Positions 11,842-25,019 of a stretch of DNA of 64,000 nt are shown here, piece after piece. The stretch is from Octopus sinensis. Taxonomy: Eukaryota. The DNA lies in assembly GCF_006345805.1 (NCBI RefSeq), contig NC_042999.1, positions 15,376,001-15,440,000 on the forward strand, read 5' to 3'. The number at the start of each line of letters is the position of its first letter. Position 1 is the first letter of the stretch. The position numbers were made by a program, and so were the translations under genes. The notes below the pieces were generated by a model that was not told the origin of the DNA, searched no databases, and saw only the letters and a list, made by a program, of their open reading frames with translations.

Positions 11842-12890
11842 TATGAAGTACATTCCAAAAGTGCCTTCTTTATTTTCTCTCACCAAAACTAATGCCATGT
11901 GAGCAAAGTCTTTTGGGTGGGAAGTGACATCATCCTTCCTGTGTATGCACGGAGATTTTCACATTGGTAGGTTGTGTCAATTCCCAGCTGTTATGCCCAG
12001 AGTACAGACATGTAGTGCGTGCTTGTTGGATTTTGATTTTCACCAAACGCATCAGATATTTCATTAGATTTTGCCAAAGACTTGGTGATACTCAAGCTCA
12101 AACCATCCAGAACATCCCGTAGGCCGTTGGTGATTGAGCCATGGGCAAAACTCAGATCAAGGCGTGGTACAACTGCTTCAAACATGACCATACCTCAGTG
12201 AAGAGCAAGGCACACTCAGGTAGGCTATCCACAAACCAAAATGAGAAACAGATTGAGGCGGCTTAGTCAAAGCACACTGTCATGTAACAATCCAGAAAAT
12301 TACTCATAAAATGGGAACAGGCACAGGATCAGTGCATTCCATTGGAGGATTTGTGCAGGGGGAGAGCATTGGCGAAATTCATCCCCAAGTTGTTGGCAGA
12401 ACAGCAGAAGCAATTCCACATGGAAATCACTGTGATATGCTAGACTGTGAAAACCATGACCCAGACTTCATGAAGACCATCATCACTGGTGATTAGACAT
12501 GGGTTTATGATCTCTTCTTAATGCGTTCAAGCATCTTGCATGAAGACGAAAATCTGAAGGGCATCCTGGCGTTAAGGAAGGGCATCCAGCCGTAGAAACA
12601 TTGCCAGATCAGACTGGGCCTGGTGCAGTCTTCTGGCTTCCCAGACCCCAGTTGCACCGTCCAACTCATGCCAGCATGGAAAGCGGACGCTAAACGATGA
12701 TGATGATGATGATGCATTACACATCCGTTCTCAAACCATAACAGCTGAGAACTGACGTGGCCTACCAGTATGAAAATTTTCACTCGTGCACAGGAAAGAT
12801 AGTGTCACTTCCCAACCAAAGAATTTTGTCCATGTAGCATTAGTTTTGGCAGGAAAAAATAAGCTGGATACATTTTTAATGCACCTTGTT
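11842..12890 (+). mobile_element. Internally deleted, degenerate mariner element with long inverted termini
   Basis: 12050-12508 translates, with stops and frameshifts, to IRYFIRFCQRLGDTQAQTIQ...WYNCFK...SGRLST...AKFIPKLL...PDFMKTIITGD*TWVY (HTH plus first D of the DDD triad). About 11870-12000 is the inverted match of about 12735-12860. Confidence 0.85.
12559..12713 (+). mobile_element. RTE LINE 3'-end insertion inside the mariner relic
   Basis: GGCGTTAAGGAAGGGCATCCAGCCGTAGAAAC...GCATGGAAAGCGGACGCTAAACGATGATGATG. Confidence 0.8.
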
Positions 12891-14164
12891 GTTAAAAGTC
12901 ACAAACATTACAATATGAATGATATTACACCATACTTCACCCTCCCTCATTCTTTTCATAGAGGTTCTATTCACTCACAAACAAACTTGAGAATGATGGT
13001 TTCCAAAACATGAAGCTACAGAATTTTTACAGCCTATACAATGATGATGATGGTAGTGTTGATGATGATGATGATAGTGTTGATGAAAATGATAATTATA
13101 ATGGTGATGATGGTGATGATGCCTTTCAGCCTTTCACAGAAAGTTCCCCAGCTTAATCCACAAATAGGAAAAAAAAAAAAAAAATGAAATCATTTATAAA
13201 ATATTCCATGCATTATTGGAAGAACCTCAGAATGTATAAAGGAGAAACAAGATGACATCTAAACATTATAAATGGATATTAGAAAGCTGTAATCAGAGGA
13301 GAACAATGAAGTCAGAAATGTAAAACATTTATGATAGGGAAACGGAAATTATATGCCACCATGAGATAAGTTTTTATAATGGGAAAATAAAGGGGATAAC
13401 ACACACACACACAAGCCACTGAGAGTTCATTCAATAAAGCAAGTGCATGTTTCGGTATGAGAATTGAAACAGGGCATGCAAATTATTATAATCCTTCATA
13501 TGTCTCCTTTTAAAGCTCCATTTGTAGGTTTAGTGCAATTTGTATATGCATTTGAAAGATAGCTAATGCGGAATATATTATTTAGTAAAAAAAATATATT
13601 CAGCATAGTAATATATAACTGAAATATGGATTTAGTTTAGGACCAGGGGTTAAATGGTTCAAAACATTTCTTCATATATCTCTGAAATAACAACCAATCA
13701 ACATGTTTAAAGCAAATTAGGTTTAAGTTGTTTCACAACTCAAATTCATGTGATGGATGTATAAACTGTAGTCTCCACATTTTCCGTACCTAGGCTTCTA
13801 AGTATAGCGGTTTGGCAAAAGAGACCGATAGAATAAGTACTGGGCTTACAAAGAATAAGTCCCGGGGTCGATTTGCTCGACTAAAGGCGGTGCTCCAGCA
13901 TGGCCGCAGTCAAATGACTGAAACAAGTAAATGAGTAAAGAGTAAATTCAGGTATATCAAATACCATACAACATAAAAAGATTTATCAAAATTATCTCTG
14001 CCTCAAGAGGATGTGTCACAATTACCAAATGGCATCTGGGACCAGCTCCGTACAGAAAGTGGAAACTAACTAAAAAATCAACGATCCTCCAAAGTTGATA
14101 TTCTGTTAAAGAAAAGGACAGGTTATTTGCTTGGATATTAGAGGACAGTATAGACAAGTGCTTC

Positions 14165-14398
14165 TTATTTCTTTACTGCCCACAAGGGGCTACACACAGA
14201 GGGGACAAACAAGGACAGACAAACGGATTAAGTCGATTATATTGTCCCCAGTGCGTAACTGGTACTTATTTAATCGACCCCGAAAGGATGAAAGGCAAAG
14301 TCGACCTCGCCGGAATTTGAACTCAGAACATAGCGGCAGACGAAATACCATTAAGCATTTTGTCCAGCGCGCTAACGATTCTGCTAGCTCACTGCCTT
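14165..14398 (-). mobile_element. Monomeric tRNA-derived SINE family A
   Basis: Reverse complement of the GGCGGCGAGCTGGCAG head, GAGTTCAAATTCC B box and GTGGGCAGTAAAGAAATA tail. Same family as the array. Confidence 0.85.
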
Positions 14399-14509
14399 TT
14401 GTGAGCCAAATACCCTGACCATTAAGCCACACACCCCAAATGTTAACAAGTGAAAACAAAAATTATATTAGTTATTGTCACATTTTGAAATCCATCAATT
14501 GTTACTCTT

Positions 14510-14905
14510 CACTCTTTTATTTGTTTCAGTCATTTGACTGCGGCCATGCTGGAGCACCGCCTTTAATCGAACAACTCGACCCCAGGACTTATTCTTTTGT
14601 AAGCCCAGTACTTATTCTATCAGTCTCTTTTGCCGAACCGCTAAGTAACGGGGACATAAACACACCAGCATCGGTTGTCAAGCAATGCTAGGGGGACAAA
14701 CACAGACACACAAACACACACATATATATATATACATATATACGATGGGCTTCTTTCAGTTTCCGTCTACCAAATTCACTCACAAGGCTTTGGTCGGCCC
14801 GAGGCTATAGTAGAAGACACTTGCCCAAGGTGCCACGCAGTGGGACTGAACCCGGAACCATGTGGTTGGTAAACAAGCTACTTACCACACAGCCACTCCT
14901 ACACC
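14510..14905 (-). mobile_element. CORE-like SINE family B, near full length
   Basis: Full head-CORE-microsatellite-tail structure matching the other family-B copies. Confidence 0.85.
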
Positions 14906-16024
14906 TGTTACGTAACAAATTTAATACTAGTTATCTATGACTGCTTAAATATTAACCCCGTGTTCTCAATGGTTTGGATACATACCCATTACCCATAACT
15001 TTAGCTGAGTATGGTTCATTTTAAGTAGAAGTTTAATTACTGTGAAAATTGACAAAGATATATTGTTTGCCATGAAGACAAAATGAATAAATTATTGTGA
15101 AATGAAATACAATGTATTTGTATTGACTTGTTGATATATTGAGGGAAATAAGTTCAAAATGACATTGGAGATTTAACCTGTGGCAGCAAAAATAAAAAAA
15201 AAAAGCAGGAAGTGTTACGTTATTACAGTTAGAGGTTATTGAATAATGAATATTAAATAGAGTGGTAAAGGAAATATCTCATCTGAAATTAACAGAAATC
15301 TTAGTTGGCAAGGTTAACTGTTGTGTAGTAAAGGTAATTATGAAATAAAGATAAAGTAAAGCAGTACAATAGGAATATTTGTGGTGTTGAAAACCTCAAA
15401 CTATGTAGGTGCTGTGCTAATTATTATTTGCGTTTAATCATGTCATTTTCAGTTAGCTGCAGGCAAGCCCTGATACAGCTTGCCTATGACCACCCTTTCT
15501 TTGTTGCATAATTTGTCATTTTTTTAAGATAGTAGTAAGCAAATTAGAGGAAATTTGGCTGCTATTTCCAGCATGTTGATTGATCATTTAGAGGATCCTG
15601 TGTTAGTATTACTTAAATGGGAGAGCAAAATGTTGCCACTTGCAATAGATAGCACAGCAGTATCTCGAATAAGGAATAGATACAACCTCTTGTAGATTCA
15701 CAGAAAAAGAAGGCTGGCAAAAACGACAGATGTACAGGAGAGGAGAGTTAGCATTAGAAGCCCCCTTAAAACACAGTGCTTAAATTAATTAAACAAATCT
15801 CTAAATTTAATTAAGAGTGCTTGCTATTTAGGTACTGTATGTAGTTACTGGAAAAATCAGTTGCTGGAGCAAGGAATTGAAGAAATTCAGCAGACAGTTG
15901 CCTTAGTTGGCAACAAAGAGTAAAAATGAGAACTTTGAACAAAACTCAGACTAGATGATGCTTATATGAGCAATATTAAAAGAAGATCTAAAGGAGCTGA
16001 AGACGGAAGCATAATGCTAACTTG

Positions 16025-16446
16025 GGATCTTTGCGGTTTGAACGGCAGTTTTTAACATAATTTCTAGGTAACTAAAAAATTTTAAACTTCGTATACTGGT
16101 AGAATGTGTTTATAAAACATCTTTTTCTCTTGGCTTTATTGAGAAAATTCTATGGTTTGTAAGATATTTGTTGTTTTTCTTCAATTTCTGCAATTTCAAC
16201 CAATCAATGATGTCCATTGAGGTAAAAAAAACATTCCGTGCCATATGAATATGTCCCTCGTTTAAGAAACAGATTAGGTTTATTTACATTTGTGAAGAAA
16301 AAAAGATACCCTTCCTCCCACATCTAACCCCAACCAACCCTAACCCAGATTGAAATGCAATAGATCGATACTAGGGTCATAATTATGGGTGATAATTTTT
16401 CATATGACACTGCTAGAAAAAACTGCCGTTCAAACCGAAAAGATCC
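16025..16446. mobile_element. MITE with GGATCTTT(G/T)CGGTTTGAACGGCAGTTTTT terminal inverted repeats
   Basis: TIRs of about 27 bp at both ends, no coding capacity, homologous to the arms of 957-1748. Confidence 0.8.
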
Positions 16447-16883
16447 CTAACTTGTATGAAAGGTGCAGCAAAATTAAGATCAACATTAATGGCATTGGTT
16501 AATGTATGACTAAGAGAGAACTGCACTGGTGAAGAAAATTTAGGAAGAAGTGGGTTAAGTGAAAAAAGTGATGAGTGTTATCAGAGAACATCTGTGGCAG
16601 ATGAAGGCTACAAAAGATTTGGAAAGAGGTGGTGAGGTTAACTTGCAGAATGCTGGGCTTTATAGATGAAAAGATATACTGAGTGGAATTGTACTGATAG
16701 CAGATCTGTCTAAATCATGTCAGCTTTGATAAATGAACATGAAAACATTGATGATGTTCATTATTGTTGTATAATAATAACAACATTGTGTACTGGTCTT
16801 ATGAATAAAGGACAGTAAATTCTTACCTAAAGTTATGAAAATATTTACAACTTAAAAAGCATTGTAAAGACATACTGTTTTAC

Positions 16884-17024
16884 ACCGCCTTTAGTCGAGC
16901 AAATCGACCCCAGGACTTATTCTTTGTAAGCCTAGTACTTATCTCTTTTGCCGAACCACTAAGTTATGGGGACGTAAACACACCAGCATTGGTTGTCAAG
17001 CAATGCTGGGGGGACAAACATATG

Positions 17025-17080
<56 letters not shown>

Positions 17081-17372
17081 CCTGTATGGCTAATAATTCG
17101 CTTACCACTTGTGATGGTATTTTAATAATACCATCCCTATATTTATATATCTATATATATATATATATACACACACACATACATACGACAGGCTTCTTTC
17201 AGTTTCCGTCTACTAAATCCATTCACTTCAATGTAATTTTGCTTGTTTCCTTTTTTTACTTTCTTGGCCCAAGGCTATAGTAGAAGACACTTGCCCAAGG
17301 TGCCACGCAGTGGGACTGAACCTAGAACCATGTAGTTGGTAAGCAAGCTACTTACCACACAGCCACTCCTGT
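16884..17372 (-). mobile_element. CORE-like SINE family B with a small insertion in its (TA)n linker
   Basis: Family-B body split by (TA)n and an insert of about 75 bp (17077-17150). Confidence 0.75.
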
Positions 17373-17494
17373 GCCTATATATAATAGTTCTGTAGATTCA
17401 TTAACAGCCTTGAAACCCTTAAGAATTCAACAGCAAAATACTGTTACTTCATGTGGAAAGAAACAAAACCATCATACTGCTTCTTTTCTACTGG

Positions 17495-17586
17495 AAAGTG
17501 TAACATTGTATTCTCCATATATATTTCCTCTCAGTATCAAAGTGTAACATTGTATTCTCCATATATATTTCCTCTCAGTATCAAAG
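17495..17586. repeat. Perfect 44-bp tandem duplication
   Basis: AAAGTGTAACATTGTATTCTCCATATATATTTCCTCTCAGTATC occurs twice in tandem. Confidence 0.9.
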
Positions 17587-19689
17587 TCTCTGTATCTGGT
17601 AAGCATTTAAAAGCACAAATTACAAACTACACTTGAATATTGTTCACACAGTGTCTATTACCTAATAAAGCCATCATGGCATCTAAAAGGAAGTCTCTCG
17701 TTTGATAGTCCAACTCACAATAATTAAACCACTGCAAAATCTTCCTCACTTTGAAGCTGTTACATTTCTTGAAATCATCCACGACTACAATGGTCTCTAA
17801 TTATCTAAGCTTTATAGCTAAACCTATGTCATGTCACCTAAACGAATTTGATGTGTTCTCTTCTATCCCTCTCATTACTTCCACACTCTCTCTTATCTTA
17901 CAGAGTCATCCCTAAATACTTTGGCTAATTCTTTCTCATTAAAACTACAACCTTTCACAGTCCCCTAATACCCATAATTACCCTTCATCTGTAAACCGGG
18001 AACAATTTCTTCCCGATATTGATTGCACAGACATCATCCGTTTAACTTAATCCCTCCATTTGAGAAAGAAATACATAGATTGTAGGCTTTGCTCTCTTTC
18101 TCTGACTAACGCTAGTAACAATGATCGCTTGTGAACTTATATTGCCGCATTTATTATATTGCCGAAGGATTTCTGTACATAAATGTTCTCTTGCTTCCAT
18201 GAAAGTCAATAACTAAAAGGAATTTTCCTTTTGCTAATCTTCTTTTGTTTATTGGAGATAAAAACACACTTGTACATAGTATATATTCTTTACAATTTTG
18301 TTAATGCTTAGGGGACCAGTTTGTTTTCTAGCTTTGCTATATATATATATATATATTTATTCCCATATATCATGAAACTAACGACTTACAACCATTTAAT
18401 TTAAGTATCAATAATCTGGGTTTTATTCTAGATACTTTCTCTTTGAAATCTCAAACTTGTTTACTGTTGCAACGAACAAAAATAAAAGCTAATAAATTAG
18501 CACATACTGTCGCCACAGTGGCTGCGGTCATTAGAATTATCATAATAATGCATCAGTCATATGCATGGAAGAACATAACTAGATCTATTTGGTAAAATGT
18601 CGTCAATAAAATAAATTGAAAAAAAAAAAAAAGTCATTGAACTTTTTATGTAATTACGTGTTGTTTTTTGGCTATCAGGGTAATTACTTTTGACAACACA
18701 AAGGAATTTTAATAAATGTAATGGACAAAGTTATGATTTTATTTGTACTGGTCGAAGCACAAATGTTTTTTTTGTTTTTTGTTTTTTACGTTTTCTATTA
18801 CTTCTCCAATTCCAAAATGATTCATTGTTTAAAAGTACAGAATGGTTTTAGCTTAGGAAATCTGATTTGCAATTAAAACAAACAGTCACTTACTGACTGC
18901 TATAGTTTTTGTTCTGCCCTTTCCTCACCTCTTGCCCTTTCTTTCACACACACACACACAAACATACACACACTTGTTTGATCTCTAACATTTATTGAAT
19001 ATAGGAGAAAAACAAATGTTGAAAAATTAAGACAACAGACAGTCAAGTTACAGGTGAAATGCTAATGTCAGATGCCATTTAAAACTGTAAATAAGAACAC
19101 AGAATGAAGAATAAGGCTTTAAAAAAAAAAAAAAAAACTCAATTAAAGTTGAAGCCTTTAATTTAAAATAAACATTGATTGTGATAAATTTCAAAACAAT
19201 TGTATTTCCATGAAAGAAATACTTTGTTCAATTTTAATGCAAGGAATACTTGATATAATATTTACAATTCAGAAGGAAAAATATTGTGTAATTTTTGTAG
19301 GGAAAAACCTTTAAAAAAAAAAGTAAAAACAAAAAAATTTACTCTCTGCATTGTGCTGTTGATAAAAAATTTTTAAATGGCAGTATTTAGTATGTTAGAG
19401 TTTTGTCTCTTGTCCTCTGTTTTTCTTAATGGGTTTTAGTCAGAGTGTAAAGGAGTATAGCAGTTTAATGCTGGATAAATCCGTTTTCAAGCTTGAAGGA
19501 TTTTGATTCAACCAGCAACTAGTTCAGAGCATTCTGTCAACTTTAATGCTCATATCTGCTGAGTGAACTGGAGGCAGTGAGGTGCTTTGCTCAAGGACAC
19601 AACATGCCTCCTCAAGCAGGAATTGAATTTACAACCTTCTGGTTGAGAGCCCAGTTGTTTAACTACTAGGCCATATGCTTCCCCACAAT

Positions 19690-19960
19690 CATTTGGCACC
19701 GTGTAAAAAGTACCCATGCCAGTACCAGTGCAGGTGCCACATAAAAAGCACCCATGCCATGTACAAAGGAACCAGTGCTGGCACTATGTAAAAGACCCCA
19801 GTGCACTCTGTAAAGGGGTTGGTGTTAGAAAGGGCACCCAGCCAAAAATACCATGCAGAAACAGATGACTGGTGCTTGGTGTAGCCCTCTGATTTATCAG
19901 CTCCTGCTGGAACATCCAATCCATGCCAGCATGGAGAATGGATGTTAACTGATGATGATT
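19690..19960 (+). mobile_element. Degenerate RTE 3'-end copy
   Basis: GGTTGGTGTTAGAAAGGGCACCCAGC and CCATGCCAGCATGGAGAATGGATGTTAACTGATGATG. Confidence 0.6.
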
Positions 19961-20589
19961 AAACCATTACTTTTAGCAGAACTCTGAGAAGGGGATGAAG
20001 AAACAGGTGGCTTTGCAATATGAAGGGATTCACCAAAGGCAAACAAGGGCCCTGTGGTGGTATTTCACTGGGGGATGGATTAGGTCAATGACCCTCCTTC
20101 ACAATGCACAGTTCATCTAAGAGGTTAACAGTTTCTGCCTTCTTAGTTTCAGTTTAAATCCTCAGTCCTGTCTGAGCTAACAGTAGGAAGCACTTTCCCA
20201 AGATACCAAGCAGTGGGATTGAACCTAAAATCATGTAACTGTGAAGCAAAAATTCTTAACCACATCATCATGCTTGTGCCCATGATTGATACCTTGCACA
20301 AAAGTCATGGAGTAGAACAATATTTTATGTGTATGCATTGAAATGAATCTTTTGACAGCAAACCCTTAGACTTCCATACTTATGATATTCAAATTCAATA
20401 AGCAGTTTTCTTTGTTGTTGTACATAAAAATGTAATAACAATTCCTTTATATAAGAGAGACATAAAAAGGGAATATCGATAAAATTGTTAAGTACGGATG
20501 TCTTTTAAGTAGGCGCCATTGCATGAAGTTGGAAAGTCATACATACATACACATACATGATGATGACATACATACACACACATCATGAT

Positions 20590-20595
20590 GATGAT

Positions 20596-20640
<45 letters not shown>

Positions 20641-20840
20641 TATATATATGTCTTCTATTTGTATTTGTATAATATATATGTCTGTGAATATATATATATA
20701 TATATATACATATATGTCTTCTATTTGTATTGTATAATATATATGTCTGTGAATATATATATATATATATATACATATATGTCTTCTATTTGTATTTGTA
20801 TAATATATATGTCTGTGAATATATATATATATATATATGT
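20590..20840. repeat. Microsatellite-seeded minisatellite (unit about 62 bp, about 3 copies)
   Basis: GTCTTCTATTTGTATT(T)GTATAATATATATGTCTGTGAA(TA)n repeated three times. Confidence 0.85.
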
Positions 20841-21396
20841 ATCCAAGAAAGATAAAAAGAGTCCTTTTCAAAACAAACTGACTGTAAGCTGCTCTCTCAA
20901 GAACTTCTTTCTTCTTTTTACTCGTTTCAGTCATTGAGCTGTGACTGTTCTGAAGCTCTACCTTTAAGGGATTTTAGTTGATTCTATCAAATCCATTACT
21001 TTGTTTGGTACTTAATAAATCAACCTCGGAAGGAAGAAAAGCAAAGCTGCCCTTGACATAAAGGGACATAGCCAGAACATAAAGAGATATAACCAAATAA
21101 CACAAGATATTTTTGTTAGATCTTCTCCTGATTCTGCATCTTCCACCAATATTATATAAATATGTGTATATATAAAACACATAAATGTTATATTTAACTA
21201 TTATATAGATATATTGTGTATGTATGTATGTATATAGGAGCAAGCACAGCTGTGTGGTAAAAAGTTCACTGCTCAACCACATAGTTCTTGGTTCAGTACC
21301 ATTGTGAGGCACCTTGGGCAAATGTTTTCTACTACAGCCTTGGGTCAACTAAAGCCTTGTGGGTAGATTTTGGTCAACGTAAACTGGAAAAAAACT

Positions 21397-22075
21397 CATT
21401 CATCATCATCACCATCGTAGTTTAATGTCTGCTTTCCATGGTGGTATGGGTTGACTGAGGGCTGGCAAACCAGAAGGCTGCACCAGGCTCCAATCTGATC
21501 TGGCAGAGTTTTTACAGCTGGATGCCTTTCCTAATGCCAACCACTCCGAGAGTGTAGTAGGTGCTTTTTACATGCCACTGGCATGAGGGCCAGTCAGGCA
21601 GTACTGGCACTCACCACATTTGAATGGTTTCTTTACGTGCCACTGGCACTCACCACATTTGAATGGTTTCTTTACGTGCCACTGGCACGGGAGCCAGTCA
21701 GGCAGCACTGGCAACAACCACACTCGAATGGTGCTTGTTATGTTCCACTGGCATCGACTACACTCGAATGGTCCTTTTTACATGCCACTGGTACAGGAGC
21801 CAGTCAGGCAGCACTGGCAACAACCACACTCAAATGGTGCTTGTTATGTTCCACTGGCATCGACCACACTCGAATGGTCCTTTTTACATGCCACTGGTAC
21901 AGGAGCCAGTCAGGTGGCACTGGCATTGACCATGCTTGAATAGTGCTCTCCATCCAGCTGTAGAAACACTGCCAGATCAGACTGGAGCCTGGCGCAGCCA
22001 TCTGGTTCACCAGTCCACAGTCAAATCGTCCAACCCATGCTAGCATGGAAAGCGGATGTTAAACGATGATTATGA
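21397..22075. mobile_element. Two RTE 3' ends fused head-to-head with tails pointing outward
   Basis: Minus copy at about 21397-21945 with expanded internal repeats; plus copy at about 21950-22075 ending in GATGAT. Confidence 0.75.
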
Positions 22076-22157
22076 CGTTTACAGTCTTAAATTTTTATGT
22101 CATTCACATACAACCACAAATATCTTCCACTAGATTTACACATCTGGAGGCAAGAAG

Positions 22158-22441
22158 TTCCAGAATGTTATTAAAAATAATTCTGTAATCATTAAAAAAG
22201 CTATGAATTAATGACTCTGTACATGAAATGCTTATGTGTAGACACCCTCAAAGACAAACTTAATTAAGGAAAGTAGACCCTAATGTATGATACGTGAACT
22301 TCCAGAATGTTATTAAAAATAATTCTGTAATCATTAAAAAGCTATGAATTAATGACTCTGTATATGAGATGCTTATGTGTAGACACCCTCAAAGACAAAC
22401 CTATTCAAGGAAAGTAGACCCTAATAGATGAATGATACGTA
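22158..22441. repeat. 142-bp tandem duplication just inside the intron after the kinase exon
   Basis: TTCCAGAATGTTATTAAAAATAATTCTG...GATACGT starts at 22158 and again at 22300, with few differences. Confidence 0.9.
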
Positions 22442-22473
22442 ATAAACTATTTCTACATTAAGTTGTGACTTAC

Positions 22474-22717
22474 TTTTTGTTCAATGGTTGATCCGACTTT
22501 TAGTGTTTTAACCGCCACAGGCTGCCAACCTTGATCATCGAGGAATGCCTCTCCTCCAAACACAGTACCAAATGCTCCTGCGCCTAGTTTTCTGTTTAAT
22601 ACCACATTATCTCGAGGTAATTCCCAGCCATCAAGAGATAGGCACCGGGAGAATCGAGTAGATAATAACCCGAGTTCTTCCATTTTCTGGTTCGAACCTC
22701 TGTTACGTCTGCAATAC
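22474..22717 (-). CDS. VKR: VKR exon: juxtamembrane region and tyrosine kinase subdomains I-II (WELPRDNVVLNRKLGAGAFGTVFGG...VAVKTLK)
   Basis: TTTTCCCAAG acceptor, AAA|GTAAGT donor, 244 nt (phase 2 to 0). GxGxxG loop, VAVK lysine and WE-x-P motif of insulin-receptor-like kinases. Confidence 0.95.
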
Positions 22718-23975
22718 CTTGGGAAAAGAAAATAAGAAAAAAAAAAATTTGAGAAAAAAACAACAAAAAACAAACTATTACATAATATTAGGTTTCTTTA
22801 TCAATTTAAAGAATTAAAACATAACACGAGAATTTCAATTAAATGTTGAGATAAACTAAAGTTTACATCTTGTGTAAATTTGTTTCTTGAAATCTGTGAA
22901 GTAATACAGATTTTTGTGATTTCAGTCACCATTTACATCTCTACCGAGAACAAAACTACCATTGATAAAATCAACATCAAAACCCCCCTTTCTATTGATG
23001 CTATTATTAGCTTACTCTTATTTATTTCTTTACAAATACAAACTGAACATTTTTTTTTCTACCTTCTTTTATCACATCATTTTCTGTTATTAAACCAATT
23101 CTTTTAGATCAGCTCTAACAATTTCCAATTTTGCTTGGCTTTGTGTTTGTTCCTCTCACAATACAGGCACATCACAGTTATTCATTCAGTTCTCATTATT
23201 CAAGCACATAACATGTCTAAGCAATTTTATTTTTATTAATAAGTACTAGAGACAATACACAATTCTATTGATTTTTTTCACAAAATGATATTAACTAATG
23301 TATTAATGTAATAAATAAATATTCAGGCAATAAAAAAAAACCGAAAAAAACCCCCCAAAAAAACTGTTATAAATTGTCCGCTCTGGAAAATTCGGTTAAA
23401 ATCTCATTTCCCATTTGTGAAAAACAACTAAAACCTTATACCATAAACAGATCCTTCATTTAGAGTTTCCTCATTATCTATTTGATTCTCTAAGGCTTAA
23501 GTTTCCCTCCAGCTTCTGCTTGCAGCCTCCAAACCTTTCCTCTTTCATAACAGTTACATACCCAAACAATCCTATTACTGTTCTGAGTAGTAAAAGGACA
23601 ATTGATTACTCTTACTTATCAAATCTCAATAAACAGTATTGTTTTATAATAGTTCTGAGTAGAATAGCCCATAAAAGTTTGTAATATAACATGAAAGAAA
23701 AACTAAAACAACAAGAAAAAACTGAAAAAAAAATAGCGATTATTTGTTTCGCAATCAGTCAATCAAGAGTAGTTTATTTGATGAAAAGTTACACAGGTGC
23801 AATTAATTAATTAGCAGTAATTATCACTCTTCAAGATAATTCCATTGAACATCTGAACTTTCATACACACAATTTATACACACAGGCACTATTTGTGCAT
23901 ACAGGCATACAATTTATAAATACAGATACAGAAGTTATAGATAGGTAGTGATTTATCAATGCAAAAATGACTTAC

Positions 23976-24117
23976 CTTTGTCTTATAATTATAAGAACAA
24001 CGGATATGATGATAGAAAAGAAACCAAATGCCATGACATTTGCAAGAATTACAGCCATTTCACAGTTGACATTCAAGAAAGCTCGAAACTTCTCTATATG
24101 GCATTCAGTGACTTTTT
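23976..24117 (-). CDS. VKR: VKR exon carrying the transmembrane helix (KVTECHIEKFRAFLNVNCEMAVILANVMAFGFFSIIISVVLIIIRQ)
   Basis: Not in the ORF track; read manually on the minus strand. TTTTATTTTAAG acceptor, AAG|GTAAGT donor, 142 nt (phase 1 to 2). Two Cys are followed by a hydrophobic stretch of about 25 aa and a basic stop-transfer signal. Confidence 0.9.
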
Positions 24118-25019
24118 CTTAAAATAAAAATGGAAATTTAGGATAGAAAGAATTAACCATTTCTGTGGTTTCAACGCTGATAAGACAAATGCAATCAATA
24201 TATTAGCAATTCTAAAGGAAGACTACAATATACATTTTCGCAAATAATCCTTATTATAATTGAGACAATGTAAGTATATCAATATATGTAACTGAAACAG
24301 TGCCACTTACTCATTCACCAATCGCATCACTAAATATTGGTTTGTCAGATAAATTTGATAATATTTTTCTATTTATTTTAATCTTTTCAATGTTATTTGA
24401 ATTAAGATTTAAAAAAAAAATTGTTTTTGTTTTGTAGATCTAATCTTCCTCAACAACATTTGTTTATTGTTTTTGAAATCTGAATAAATTCTACTTATTT
24501 TTAGACACATGATGATGGAATACCAAATAGAAATAAACAAACAAACATTTATCTGACAACCCAATAATTCATACCTCAAACTACCTCTTACTCTATCTTT
24601 CACATAATTAATTCTATGAAGGAATGAAACAGAAAGTGCAAGAAGGGAAAATAGACATTGTGGGTGAGAAAAGCATTGTCTGGCCTACCAAAGACTATTT
24701 TCTCAAATGTATGTCAGCTGACTTTGGTCTTCAATAAGAAAGCTTCTACATGCTCACTCAACCTACTAGATATAGTAGCCAAATCTCCTTCAAATCCCAC
24801 CCTACTGCATTTATCCAATACACCCCTAATGGTTGAATTGGTTAAATGTAGATCTGAAGTAGTTCAATGACAGAAGGGTCGGTCATGACTGGAGTGTCTT
24901 TCATCATTGTTCTGTTTAATCAGGACTGATCTGGAGCTTAGCAATATCAACAACCATATTTACTTTAAACCAATAAAAGAAGGCCTTTTACATGGTTGTT
25001 TGACTTGCTAAACATAACA

